The translations under genes and the position numbers were made by a program. The notes under the pieces were generated by a model that saw only the letters and a program-made list of their open reading frames with translations, made no database searches and was not told the DNA's origin. DNA of 20,000 nt, taken from the NCBI RefSeq assembly GCF_004010195.1, contig NC_057728.1, forward strand, positions 50,456,965-50,476,964, in the 5' to 3' direction. Positions 1 through 10,576 of the stretch are shown in pieces. Each line of letters begins with the position of its first letter. Position 1 is the first letter of the stretch. The stretch is from Chiloscyllium plagiosum (taxonomy: Eukaryota).

Positions 1-29
1 TGTAAATGGTAGAAGCAACAAATAAAGTT

Positions 30-520
30 ACTCTACTCCACACACGCACCACTCTCTGTATGAAAGCATTGCCCCTTAGCTCCCTTTTATATTATTCCCC
101 CTCACCCGAAACCTATACCCGGTAGTTCTGGACTCCCCCACCCCAGGGAAAAGACTTTGTTAATCACATGATTTTATATGGTCACTCCTCAGTCTCTGAT
201 GCTCCTGGGAAAACAGCCCCAGCCTATTCAACCTCGCCATATAGCTCAAACTCTCCGACTCTAGCAACATCCTTGTAAGCCTTTTCTGAACCCTTTCAAG
301 TTTCACAACATCCTTCAGATCAGAATTGAATGCAATATTCCAAAAGTGGCCTAACCAATGTCCTGTACAACCACAACATGACCTCCCAACTCCTATACTC
401 AATACTCTGACCAGTAAAGGAAAGCATGCCAAACGCCGCCTTCACTATCCTATCTACCTGTGACTCTACTTCCAAGGAACTATGAAGCTGCATTCCAAGG
501 CCTCTTTGTTCAGCAACATT
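30..520 (-). mobile_element. CR1-clade (HER1-like) LINE ORF2 3' fragment
   Basis: ORF 160-432 contains VVKLERVQKRLTRML...LSYMARLNRLGLFSQEHQRLRSD, the CR1 ORF2 C-terminal motif. Frameshifted. Confidence 0.88.
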
Positions 521-713
521 TGTTAATTATGGGACCGCATTCTTTTGGAATTGGTTGCTGCAATTGCTTACGCAACTCAAACATGTGCTTTGAGACATGA
601 GGATGTGAAAGTTGTTTTCCCTACCCACTTTTCCTTCTGTCATGTGGTTTGATTTTCTTCACTTTCAAATTTTTTCTGCACCACTGAAGTGACTTAACAG
701 TACTGTGTTTGTT

Positions 714-797
714 CAAAGTTTGAGAGAAGATTTGTAGCTTGGGTGCTTGTTGTTGTGGTTCCACAAATTCCCAGCTCGGCGAACAGAACCACAACAC
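714..797. mobile_element. Very short Penelope-like terminal remnant
   Basis: Starts caaagtttgagagaagatttgtagct, similar to the starts at 11270 and 17603. Contains the inverted pair tgttgtggttc / gaaccacaaca. Confidence 0.55.
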
Positions 798-884
798 TCT
801 GCTTGTTGTTACGGTTTGGTGGTGAGTTGTAACTTCAGATTCTGATTCAGTAATGGAGCAAGTTTGCTTTTTGAGCCACAAATA

Positions 885-1015
885 TGAATAGGAAATGTTT
901 AGCGGGATATGGGCTAAATGCTGGCAAATGGGGTTAGATCACATTGAAATGTTTAGTTGGCACGGATAAGTTGGACCAAAGGATCGGTTTCTGTGCTGTA
1001 TGACTGACTCTATTT
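885..1015 (+). mobile_element. HER1/CR1 LINE 3' tail
   Basis: gggatatgggctaaatgctggcaaatgg...gttggaccaaaggatcggtttctgtgctgtatgact, which is the tail type shared with the HE1 SINE end at 16550-16600. Confidence 0.7.
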
Positions 1016-1477
1016 AAGCTATTACCTGGCTCCTCATATCAGATTGGGGCAGTAATATAATTGAGGAAATAAATTGATGCCTGAAATGTTTTCAAAAAAT
1101 TAACTTATCAAATAGTATATATCACTGCAAGTCTAATTGTGTTATAGAATCTTTTAATATTTTTCCTATTCAGTATTGTTTTAAAATTACTTAAATTTAA
1201 GGGCCAGGACTTTTTGCTTGAAGGATAATCTTAGTAAACAAACTTAATTTAAAAATAATCTTTCTCATAAAAAAAATTCTCAGAACAAAATGCCAGACTG
1301 TTGTCATCTGTAAAGACAACCAATAAGTTAATGCTGTGTCAATTCACTTTCAGTAAATGTCTAAACTTATCTAGAATTCTTTGATCACCATGAAGTGACA
1401 TTGTTATGGAGACATTGTTTCTCTACCCCGTAAATCTGAAGTGTTTTGAAACTACCTGTATTTCTGTAATATTCTTG

Positions 1478-1960
1478 AAGAAACACAAGGTGGAACTAAA
1501 AGTAGATCATTCTGCCTTTTGAGCCTGCTCCATCATTCAAAATTATCATGGCCGATCCTCTCCCTTAGTCCTGTTCGTTTTCTTCCCATACCCGTTGATT
1601 CCTTTAATGTCTAAAAATAAATCAATCACTCTCTTGAATATATTGTGACTTCTGTGAAGGAAAATTTCACTGGTGTGCTACCCTTTGAGTGAAGAACTAT
1701 ATCCTCATCTCTATCCTAAATAGCCTACCCTGTATTCTGAGATTGTGACCTCGGTTTTAGACTTTCCAACCAGGGAAAACTTCCTTCATCTAGTCTGTCC
1801 AGCCTTGTTAGACTTTAATAAATTTGAAGCAAATCCCCCTTTCATCCTTCTAAACTCTGGGGAAGGCAGACTACCTGAAACAGACCTGGCATCTCCTATC
1901 AACCAAGTGAACCTCTGCGCTCCCTCTAGTGGAATGTCTATGGTAGGTTGAAAACACAAT
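1478..1960 (-). mobile_element. Decayed CR1/L2 LINE 3' fragment
   Basis: Has the reverse-oriented tail (gatcattctgccttttgagcctgctccatcattcaa) and the same architecture as 6450-7010. Confidence 0.6.
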
Positions 1961-2496
1961 CATCACTACCTCAAATTGTTAATTCTTTCACATCGTGCAC
2001 AAGCATCAGAAAAACATGGCATCTGTTAGGTTATTTTCTTGGCTGTTATACTTCTGTTAGGCTTTGATTAGTTACATCTGTCATTTTGCTGCAACACTTT
2101 GAATTTTCTGCCTAATAAATTCAGGCTGCATTTCATAATGTAGAATCAAATAATGTGGCATAATTAAATACTGAGTAGTATGTCCAGAGGTTTGGTGTTA
2201 TGAAGAACCTTCCAATTCATCTGCGTATGCTGTGGCAACTCAGTTGTAACAGCATCATTCAGGATAATAAGCATTTGGATTTTGTTTCTCGTTTTTTTTT
2301 TGCCTGTAAGAAAGCATATCAATGACCTGGTGTTTAGGGTCAACTTCATTTTTATAAACAAGTGCTGCTTCTGTCTTGAAAGTTAATACATATGTGCACA
2401 CTACCTGCTAATTTTCAGCCCAGATGTTATGTTTGCATTGTCACCTCATTAGATGTGCATGACTATTTCAATTATTTCTGATTCATTTTTGACCAG

Positions 2497-2702
2497 GTTC
2501 AAAGTCTTTAGACTACTCAAATGGCTTGTTTGACTGTCAGTCACCAAACTCCCCATATATTGGTGGGCTGCGTGTATTACACCTAGTTGAAGATCTTCGT
2601 GGACTGCTAGAGCTAATGGAAAGTGAGGAAAAAGATGGATTGCGGTCTCAAATACCAGACTCAACTGCAGAACTTCTGAGTGAATGGTTACAGAGCCATC
2701 TG
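2497..2702 (+). CDS. PPFIBP1: Internal coding exon of liprin-beta-1 (206 bp, phase-1 start, phase-0 end)
   Basis: Acceptor tttttgaccAG (AG 2495-2496) and donor GTAAGC (2703). Translation (G)SKSLDYSNGLFDCQSPNSPYIGGLRVLHLVEDLRGLLELMESEEKDGLRSQIPDSTAELLSEWLQSHL closely matches the recalled vertebrate liprin-beta-1 N-terminus (GSKALEYSNGIFDCQSPTSPFMGSLRALHLVEDLRGLLEMMETDEKEGLRCQIPDSTAETLVEWLQSQM). I did not find the flanking exons in the window. Confidence 0.95.
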
Positions 2703-3172
2703 GTAAGCAGTTGATACGGAGCATCTACTTTCTCTGGCTCTATTTAATTCTTTCCAGTATTTTAATATGAATGCATCTTGCCCTGCTTTTGTTTTTAATT
2801 CATTCATGGGACCTGGGTATTGCTGGCAAAACCATTTTGCCCATCCCTGTTAGTTAATGTTCACAGTAATTTACCAATTGACAAATGAGGGGGAAAAAGT
2901 TCAGCAGCAAGTGATGTTCACTGCTAACAAGACACTGCTGTTAGGGGAAAAATGATGTTCAGCTTATCACACAAGTGATGTGTATGTATTTCAGTGTTAG
3001 TGTGACACCAGTTATGTTGTGCATATACCCCAAAGACCAATGGATCGTATAAAATAGCATGTCCCTTTGATTATTCGCAGCAAGTTACTGACCATATTCA
3101 ACTGCACTTACAGAACTCAAGATAATGTCTAACGTTAGATGTGATTCTGCAATTGGATGATATTTACTGGAT

Positions 3173-3303
3173 TCCTGAAGAAGGGCTTATGCCCGAAACG
3201 TCGATTCTCCTCCTTGGATGCTGTCTGACCTGCTGCGCTTTTCCAGCAACACATTTTTCAGCTCTGATCTCCAGCATCTGCAGTCCTCACTTTCTCCTAG
3301 TTG
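3173..3303 (+). mobile_element. Short Penelope-like terminal-repeat insertion with minimal hammerhead motif
   Basis: CTGAAGA-A-GGGC-TTAT-GCCC-GAAAC-GTC at 3175-3202. ATTTACTGGAT flanks both sides (3162-3172 and 3304-3314). Homologous to 4865-4996, 5020-5184 and 19695-19825. Confidence 0.78.
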
Positions 3304-4843
3304 ATTTACTGGATAATCCTGAATTTGCATAACATTATGCAGGCAGCTAATTTAGAATTGTCAGTATGGCTCACATTGTGGTGTATTTGTGTGTGCTGGA
3401 AGTTATATCTATTAATATACAGGAAGGGTGAACATGTGCATTCACTGCACCTCGTTTAACTCAACAGCCATTCTTTGATTTATTGTTGGGACATCAGCTT
3501 GACTGGTTTAAGATTCAAACAAAGCCTGATATTCATTAACAGCTGCAAATCCCGATTCATTGTCTCTCCCAATCAGAATCTGCTTGTCAACCAGTTGGCA
3601 CTTCTTTTGAAGTGAAATGTTGACTTCTGCTTTTGAAGGTATTCTTAGCAAATGTCCCAATGAGTGCATGTTAATAAACGTTGATGCGATGAGTCTTTTT
3701 TAACTCAAAAAAAAATAGCTGTCATGCATTGTTGATTGGCAGAACTTTAGTTTTACCGACTATCTTTATCAGTGGATCTTCAATTAAACACACTAATTCG
3801 TTATCTCGCCCCTCTCTAAAATTTCAATAATCTTTTGATATTCTAAACTCTACACCCACAAAGTGAAGGGAAATAAAAGAAAATCCTCTGGAATCCTCAG
3901 TAAAGATCTTGCAGAAAGGATGCCTAAACTTGGTATTTACTATTTTTGTTACTTTCTAGGCTTTTCATTCTCATCATTTTTAGGAGCAAACAATTCCTGC
4001 CAAGTAAGATAAATATCAACAATGGGAAGAAACTTTAAAAATAAACAGACTTCACCTCAGATGTCCTGTTTCAAGAGGATGTGAATTATGGGTGTGTACT
4101 TGAGAGTCAGTGCCAACAATAATGTTAGCATTGGGTTTGTTTTTGATGCTAATTTTGCCAATAGGAATCAGAAACTGACTGTGTTGTAGTCTGACATGAT
4201 AACATAACTAGTCCTGAGGTTTTTCCAGAATTTGTGGCGCAGAACATCTTTCCAGCAGTTCAGCTTTATATATTCTAATCTTCTGCTAACTTAATTTGCT
4301 TCCCCTTTATTCCTTCATTCTGTGAAATAGTTTCTTTGATCTGTCTAACCAGAGGAAGTGCAAATGGAAAAAAAAAACTTGCATTTACATAGCACTTTTC
4401 ACATTCTTGTAGGACTGTATAAAATGACAATACTGAGACTGGCTGTATGGCCCATCAGTGTGATGTTTACTCTCCATTGTGCCCATCATTTCCTTCTCTC
4501 TTGCTGTCAACCATCTGGCTCCCCTTGAGTACTGACTGATTTTAGCGTCAGTCACAACTCTGGTCTCCTGTGATTTTTGCCTTTCAAAAAAAAGTTATCA
4601 ATGTTTGTGTTTAATCTTAAATCTTATGCTTCCTCTATTTTACACAATTTAATCACTGTAAGGAATCTCCAAAGAACCTTACTTTTCATAGTAAGGTCAG
4701 TTTGCCTATAGCAAGGTTCTACTGCCCAGCAATAAGATCAATACACAGTTAGCACTAAGGTGGTGTTGCTTGAATGAGGGAGGTTTGTTATCTCACACAA
4801 CCTTTTAAGTTGATAACTTTCACTGAACAGATGGTTTAACATG

Positions 4844-4996
4844 ATTCCTGTGTTTCACGATTCAGCATTCCTGATGAAGGCCTTTTGCCCGAAACATCGA
4901 TTTTCCTGCTCCTCTGATGCTGCCTGACCTGTGCTTTTCCAGCATCACTCTAATCTAGACTCTGATTTCCAGCATCTGCAGTCCTCACTTTTGCCT
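4844..4996 (+). mobile_element. Short Penelope-like terminal-repeat insertion with hammerhead motif
   Basis: CTGATGA...GCCC-GAAACATC at 4871-4898. AGATGGTTTAACATG is duplicated at 4829-4843 and 4997-5011. Confidence 0.78.
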
Positions 4997-5019
4997 AGAT
5001 GGTTTAACATGTCTATAAG

Positions 5020-5184
5020 GAGAAAGTGAGGTCTGCGGACACTGGTGATCAGAGCTGAAAATGTGTTGCTGGAAAAGCGCAGCAGGTCAGGCAGCAATCT
5101 AAGGATTCCTGAAGAAGGGCTTATGCCCGAAACGTCGATTCTCCTGTTCCCTGGATGCTGCCTGACCTGCTGCGCATTTTCAGC
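5020..5184. mobile_element. Inverted (fold-back) Penelope-like terminal-repeat insertion
   Basis: An antisense half (5020-5100) is joined to a sense half with a hammerhead core at 5109-5136. TAACATGTCTATAAG is duplicated at 5005-5019 and 5185-5199. Confidence 0.78.
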
Positions 5185-5679
5185 TAACATGTCTATAAGA
5201 CAACTTCAACAACACAGCAATAATCTTAGATTGTATGTTGACTTCTGAGTTGAAATTGAGATAAAAGTATCCTTACTAATGAGCCATGTGTGTAAAACTG
5301 TTCTGATTTTATATTGTTTCCAATGAATGAGGGAATCTGATTTAGTCTATCAGACAGTGCCATCCTGTGGTGATTCCATATTGTTAGTCAGTAGTGGCAT
5401 TTCATTTTTGCATTTAATCATCTGTATACAGGAATTTGGACAAGCCAAATAAAAATAATGGTATTTGAATATAGAGGAGCCTTTTTCTTGTATTTACTTA
5501 GTCATTGCTGTATGAAGTATTATTAGACTGTGAAGCTAGAAAAATTATTACCGAAATTGGCATTTAAAAATAAAAACTGGGTGGAGAGGATATTTGATTT
5601 AGAATTATAACATTTAAAGTATTGTTTTCCAATTTTAAGCTCCCTAATCTTGGGCTGTGAAGAAGTATGAATATACCTG

Positions 5680-6095
5680 ACTTAGTTATAGAGGCAATAT
5701 TATGGGGAAGCCCAGGTTTGAATCCTACCATGGCAGCAGATCTGAATTAAATTCAACACATCTGGAATTAAGAATCCTGTTAAACCCGAGACCATTGTTG
5801 ATTATCGTTAACCAAACTAATTCATTTAATGTCCTTTATTTAAGGCCTACATGTGACTTCAGTCCCACAGCAATAATGTTGACCTTAATAGTCTTCTAAA
5901 ATGGTCTAACAAGCCACCCAGCTCTGTCAATAACTAGAAAGTCTCAAAAAACGGAATGAAATTGCATGGTTCATCTGGCATCTACCAAGACATCACAATG
6001 ACAAACTTGGCCCTGTCAATCCTGAAGTCTTCCTTACCAACATCTGGGGCTTAGCGCCAAACTTGGGAGATCTGTCTCACAGACTCGTCAAGCAT
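5680..6095 (+). mobile_element. Decayed repeat with tRNA-like head running into a possible LINE endonuclease start
   Basis: B-box-like GGTTTGAATCC at ~5715. The end translates to LTNIWGLAPNLGDLSHRLVKH, similar to an APE domain N-terminus. Confidence 0.45.
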
Positions 6096-6449
6096 TAGGA
6101 CTGTTTTTTAGATGAAAACCCCAAGTTTTCTCTCTCGCTGCCTGTTTAAATATCCAATTTTCTCTGAACTGCTTTCAGGGTTTGAAAGCTGCCTTGTCTT
6201 AGTAGTAAGAGCTGGTAACAGACTCTGTATTGCCTGGCTAGAAACTTGGCACAACTTGAGCATAACACTGACTGGTATTCTACTGATTCAGCCATGCAAG
6301 TGATGGTTTACTTTGATGTTTGAAGAAGTATAAAACTACATGCAGTTAGTTATTAGGTCTTTTTTTGAGTTTTATAAAATTGCAACTTAAGAGTAGTGAT
6401 ATAAACTATTGAATTGTTAGATCTATTGCTATTTCACCCACTGTTATAC

Positions 6450-7010
6450 AATAAGATAAAGCACAGGAACAGGCCATTCGGCCCACCAGGCCTGCTCAAA
6501 TTCTGATCCTTTAGACTTGCTACTAATTGCCAATGAATGGTTTCTAGCCCACTGTTCGCTGTTTATGTGCCTATCAAGATATGCCTTTAAACATGCCTGC
6601 TTCCACTATCTCCACAGGCAGTGCAGTCCAGGCACCCACCACCCTCTGTTTGAAAAGCCTTCCCTGCACTTATTCCCTAAACTCCTCCCCCACCCACCCA
6701 TACACCTTAAAACCGCCTTGTCGTTGACCTTTCCACCCTAATAAAAGCCTCTGACTATTCTTCCTATCTATGCTTCTTACAGTTTTGTTGACTTCTATCA
6801 GGTTGCCCCTCAGTCTCCATCTTTCCAGTGAAAACAATCTAAATTTATCCAACCTCTCATAAAACTACAGCCTTCCAGACCAAATAAAATCCTGACAAAC
6901 CCCCTCAGCACCCTCCAAAGCAACAATGTTTTCCAATAGTGTGGCAACCACACTGCACACAGTATTCCAAATGTGGCCTAACCAAAGTTTTGTACAACTG
7001 TAACTTGCCA
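6450..7010 (-). mobile_element. CR1/L2 LINE ORF2 3' end and tail
   Basis: ORFs 6670-6852 (DKFRLFSLERWRLRGNLIEVNK) and 6865-7098 are frameshifted pieces of the CR1 C-terminus. Confidence 0.85.
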
Positions 7011-7387
7011 ACTTTGTCAGTTGCAAAGGATGTTTTTCAGTTGACTGTATGGTGCCATCAGCAAGCTTCAATTTTACAATTTGATGAATGCCTTTCAATA
7101 GCTGACTGCCTAATTAACTTGTTTGCAATTAGTGGCTAAATTATTGAAAGGATAGCTGTTCCAAGTAAAAAGGAGTGTTTATCGCTATTACCCTAACAGG
7201 CATAGGTGAGATCTGCAAATTTGAAAAATTATCCCAGTAATATTCATAGCATTTCATAATCAAAGACATTAATTTGTCACTGCCCTGTGTTGACTGTGTT
7301 AGTGTCTCAGGCACACTGTAGCACCAAGTTATTTTACCATCATCAGATCAAACATATTAAAACAGCTAATAGAATGTTATCTTACAG

Positions 7388-7412
7388 GTGTGTGTGTGTG
7401 TGTGTGTGTGTG
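7388..7412. repeat. (GT)n microsatellite
   Basis: About 12 GT units read directly. Confidence 0.95.
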
Positions 7413-7562
7413 ATGACTGCTGGTGGTTCAACCTGAGGGTCACTATGCCTCAGGCAGGGGGCAATTATTGAGAAGGCAGGATCCTCAGTGATCTCAGCTG
7501 GTAAAGGAATTGAACCCAATTTGTTACTGTCACTCTGCAAAGCAAATTGGCTGCCCAGCTTC
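7413..7562 (-). mobile_element. Decayed tRNA-derived SINE-like repeat
   Basis: GGAATTGAACCC at ~7507-7518 is a reverse B box (GGGTTCAATTCC). It abuts the microsatellite. Confidence 0.4.
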
Positions 7563-7599
7563 TCTGGGATTATGGCTACTCACCTTCTACTTTACATTT

Positions 7600-8175
7600 T
7601 TAATGCAAGAGGAACTGAATATAAAACCAGGGGGATTATCCTTGAGTTAATCAAGATAATGATGAGACCATATCTGGAGTACTGTATAAAGTTATAATTG
7701 AAACTTAGAAGGTTGAGGGATTTTGACAGGGTAGATATTGAATCAATGTTTCCTCTGATGGAAGAATCTAGAATTTTGGGTCACTGTTTTAAATAGGCAG
7801 TTCCTGGTTTTTAAACAGATGACTGTTTAAAAGGCAGGTCAGGTGACTGAGGAGTCGCAGGTGGAGTTTAATTGAGATGCTGCATTTTGGACAAGCAAAT
7901 CTTAGCATGACTTATACACTTAATAGTTAGGTCTTAGGGATTGTTGCTGAACAAAAGTCTTGGTGTGCAGGTTCATAGTTCCTCAAAGTAGAGTTGCAGG
8001 TAGATAGCATAGTGAATAAAGCACTTGGTATGCTTTCCTTTATTGGTCAGAATATTGAGTATAGCAGTTCGGAGGTCATGTTGCAGCTGTACAGGACATT
8101 GGTTAGACCAATTTTGAAATATTGCGTGCAATTCTGGTCTTCCTATTGGAAGGATGTTGTGAAACTTGAAAAGTA
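7600..8175 (+). mobile_element. Two CR1 LINE ORF2 fragments
   Basis: ARGTEYKTRGIILELIKIMMRPYLEYC (about 7600-7800) and QVDSIVNKALGMLSFIGQNIEYSSSEVMLQLYRTLVRPILKYCVQFWS (about 7830-8175). Confidence 0.85.
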
Positions 8176-8569
8176 ACTTGAAGCTAGCTATTCAGTTAAC
8201 TGTTATGCAGTCATCTCTCTAAATCTATAATAATGCAATGGCCAGCTGTTTCATATTATGTTAATATTAATGGGGATGGATAGGTTAAAGCAATGTAGCA
8301 TATCCAATTCACCTCACTGGTGAATTCCCCTTAGAAAGTCACCCTGATCTGGTTATCTATTTTGTTGCACCATAGAGTATTTTGTAACAAATACTTGAAT
8401 TTGGAGAGGACATGGTGTCCACAACTGTTTCATGGATTGTTGATGTCGAGCTAAATGAACTAACTAGCATCTAGTTCTGCTAAATAAACTAGTTTAAACT
8501 GAGAGAGGGGGGTGGGGGCGCATTGTGTGTATATCCCTTGACCCTGAGACTATAATTATCTAGATAAAT

Positions 8570-8835
8570 GTATTAGCCAGTTGGTCATGGCAAAATCCCC
8601 AAGACAGTTACGATTTTGGTGGTTGGGAGAGAAAGATGAGCCTGGCACTGGGTGAGCTTCCTGCTGCTCATGTAATAGTGCCATGAGATCTTTTTTCCAA
8701 CTAAAACTTATTCAACTTCGTCCAAATGAGAAGACTCTGTGCTGTATTCCTCAACCTGGATTATACCCAATCCATAAACTGGTAGCCATAATTGTTTGAC
8801 TTCAAAGTGATGTGACCAATTGAATCAAGCTACTT
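8570..8835 (-). mobile_element. Decayed DeuSINE-like (SacSINE1-type) fragment
   Basis: cctgctgctcatgtaatagtgccatgagatcttt resembles the recalled Deu-domain core and parallels 15430-15465. Confidence 0.45.
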
Positions 8836-9356
8836 TACGCAATTAATATTGTCGCATGCAAGATCAAAAATCCTGAATATTTGGGAGGTGGAACGGAATT
8901 TCAAATTGATAATTTCTTAATGCCACATCATTACTAGTTGCAATTGAACTTGGTGGGTCATCTGAAGTTTGAGTAAAAATAGTTAAATCGATTGGTTCTT
9001 TATTTTAAATGAACAATTCAGTTGCATTGTTTATAATCTATGAACTAGAACTAAACTCATTTTAATGTTTAACTGCTAAGCTGGTGATTGCTCAAGTAAT
9101 GCCTAACTTTAAAATTTGCTTCTGTTTCAGTGACAGCGGGTGATAGGAAAGTTCACACTGCGCAACCCTGTGTAAAGAAGCGATTTATGAACCTCCCTAT
9201 TAAATTGTTAGGGCAAGTAGACCAAATCAATATATCTAATTTTAGCTGGTCAACTACTGAGGTCAGGTGCAAAGTTGTTGACTGCTTATGAATTTTTGGG
9301 AACTAGGCTAATTACTTTTTTTTCCCCCCCATTTGTGTTTGTTTATTTCATCAAGT

Positions 9357-9922
9357 TGTCGTCCTGTTTCCCCCTCAGTCAAAGCAAAACACTGAGACAC
9401 AGTATAGTTTTACCTCCTTCATCATTACTCCTGGCCCTGGAGGGAGAGAGAGAGAGAGTTACATAGGGGCATGAATTCATGATCTTCTCTGGAACAGCAG
9501 TTTATCAATGAACTCACATAGTTGTTTTACAGGGAGGAGCATCCAGATAAGGAGATAGATATATATATATATATAGATAGATATATATAGATATATAAAT
9601 ATAAATTGAGGGACCGTTATAATCAGTGAACATCAACAGTAAAGATTGGGCCATCTGCTGTTGCACAATGAATAACTGGCTTCACATAATGAATACTTTT
9701 CATCTTATTAAACTGACCTCACATACTGAATGCTTGCCATATTGTTAAATGGGTCTATATAATGACTACTTTTCCACCTTGTTAACACATTACCCTTGCC
9801 ACCAGCACCCCATTGTTAACTGTAAGTTCTTATCTGATCTGAGTCATGCTCAGTTGAACCTCTTGTTTCACAAAACTCAGAACTTAACTCACTGCCTGCT
9901 TAACCCCGTCTCCACATTCTCA
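9357..9922 (-). repeat. 3' LTR
   Basis: Diverged copy of 12781-13286 with an expanded (TA/GA)n tract at about 9553-9604. The TATA and poly(A) motifs are mutated in this copy. The PPT precedes it on the minus strand. Confidence 0.88.
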
Positions 9923-9934
9923 TGCCCACCTTTT
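9923..9934 (-). promoter_or_regulatory. Polypurine tract
   Basis: Minus-strand AAAAGGTGGGCA lies directly before the TGAGAA start of the 3' LTR and resembles the retroviral AAAAGGGGGG-type PPT. Confidence 0.75.
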
Positions 9935-10278
9935 ATCATTTCGTGATAACCACTGCGATGGCACTACCAGCTTTCATAAGACTCTGACAGCCAGTATTTA
10001 AGCAAGTTAATGACACACAGCATACAATGATTACAAAAACATTACTAGTCTGTTACAGTAATTAGTGTGAAGAATCCTGCCATGTGGGAGAAAAATCCAC
10101 CAGTAAAGTTCTCAAAACCACAGTCCTCAGTGACCACGCCATCCTGTCCAAGTCGAGCAGAAACGAGCCAGTTCTCCAAAATCTCCTTTAGTAAAGTCCA
10201 ACCTGAGAACAAAATTCAATCTGTCCTTGCATCACTTCTCTGAGAAATCTGATTTCTTGGATAAGGGCAGTTAAATAC

Positions 10279-10576
10279 TTAACAAAACTGATGAGACTTC
10301 CATCCTTCCAGAGATGCTTCAGATGGAGGATACCAGCACATTTGAGTGTGCATTGCAGCAGCTGCGACTGCAGGCTAGGTGAACACAGCATTCTTTGCTG
10401 CTTCTGCTCCCGCTCTGCTGTTGTGATGTTAGCTTGATCAGTGAGCCTTCATATTCCTTAAACAATCGAAAGACAAGGCAAAGCTCACATGATTTAATGT
10501 CCATTGGAAGGCCACTGACAAAAAGCGTACCGACCTCCTCTTCACTGTAATTAACTTCTTCAGTTTTCATGCTCAT
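10279..10576 (-). pseudogene. RBPMS2: Processed, internally deleted RBPMS2 (Hermes) retrocopy
   Basis: From ATG 10576: [53 protein letters not shown] (RRM N-half). After a frameshift it reads [11 protein letters not shown], then in the same frame [34 protein letters not shown] (TAA 10281-10279). This matches the RBPMS-family start, RRM and ...GWKSRQFC end. [10 protein letters not shown] favours RBPMS2 over RBPMS. No introns at the recalled junctions; premature TAG at 10377-10375. Confidence 0.9.

Noticed and set aside
2449..2724. 91-aa minus-strand ORF
   Set aside because: Antisense shadow of the PPFIBP1 exon.
3545..3705. Possible old Penelope-like terminal repeat with a decayed hammerhead (cccaatgagtgcatg...)
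   Set aside because: The core motifs are too degraded to support by eye.
3141..5248. Repeated peptide IPEEGLMPETSILL in ORFs 3141-3332 and 5045-5248
   Set aside because: It is a translation of the non-coding Penelope-like terminal repeat and hammerhead core, not a protein family.
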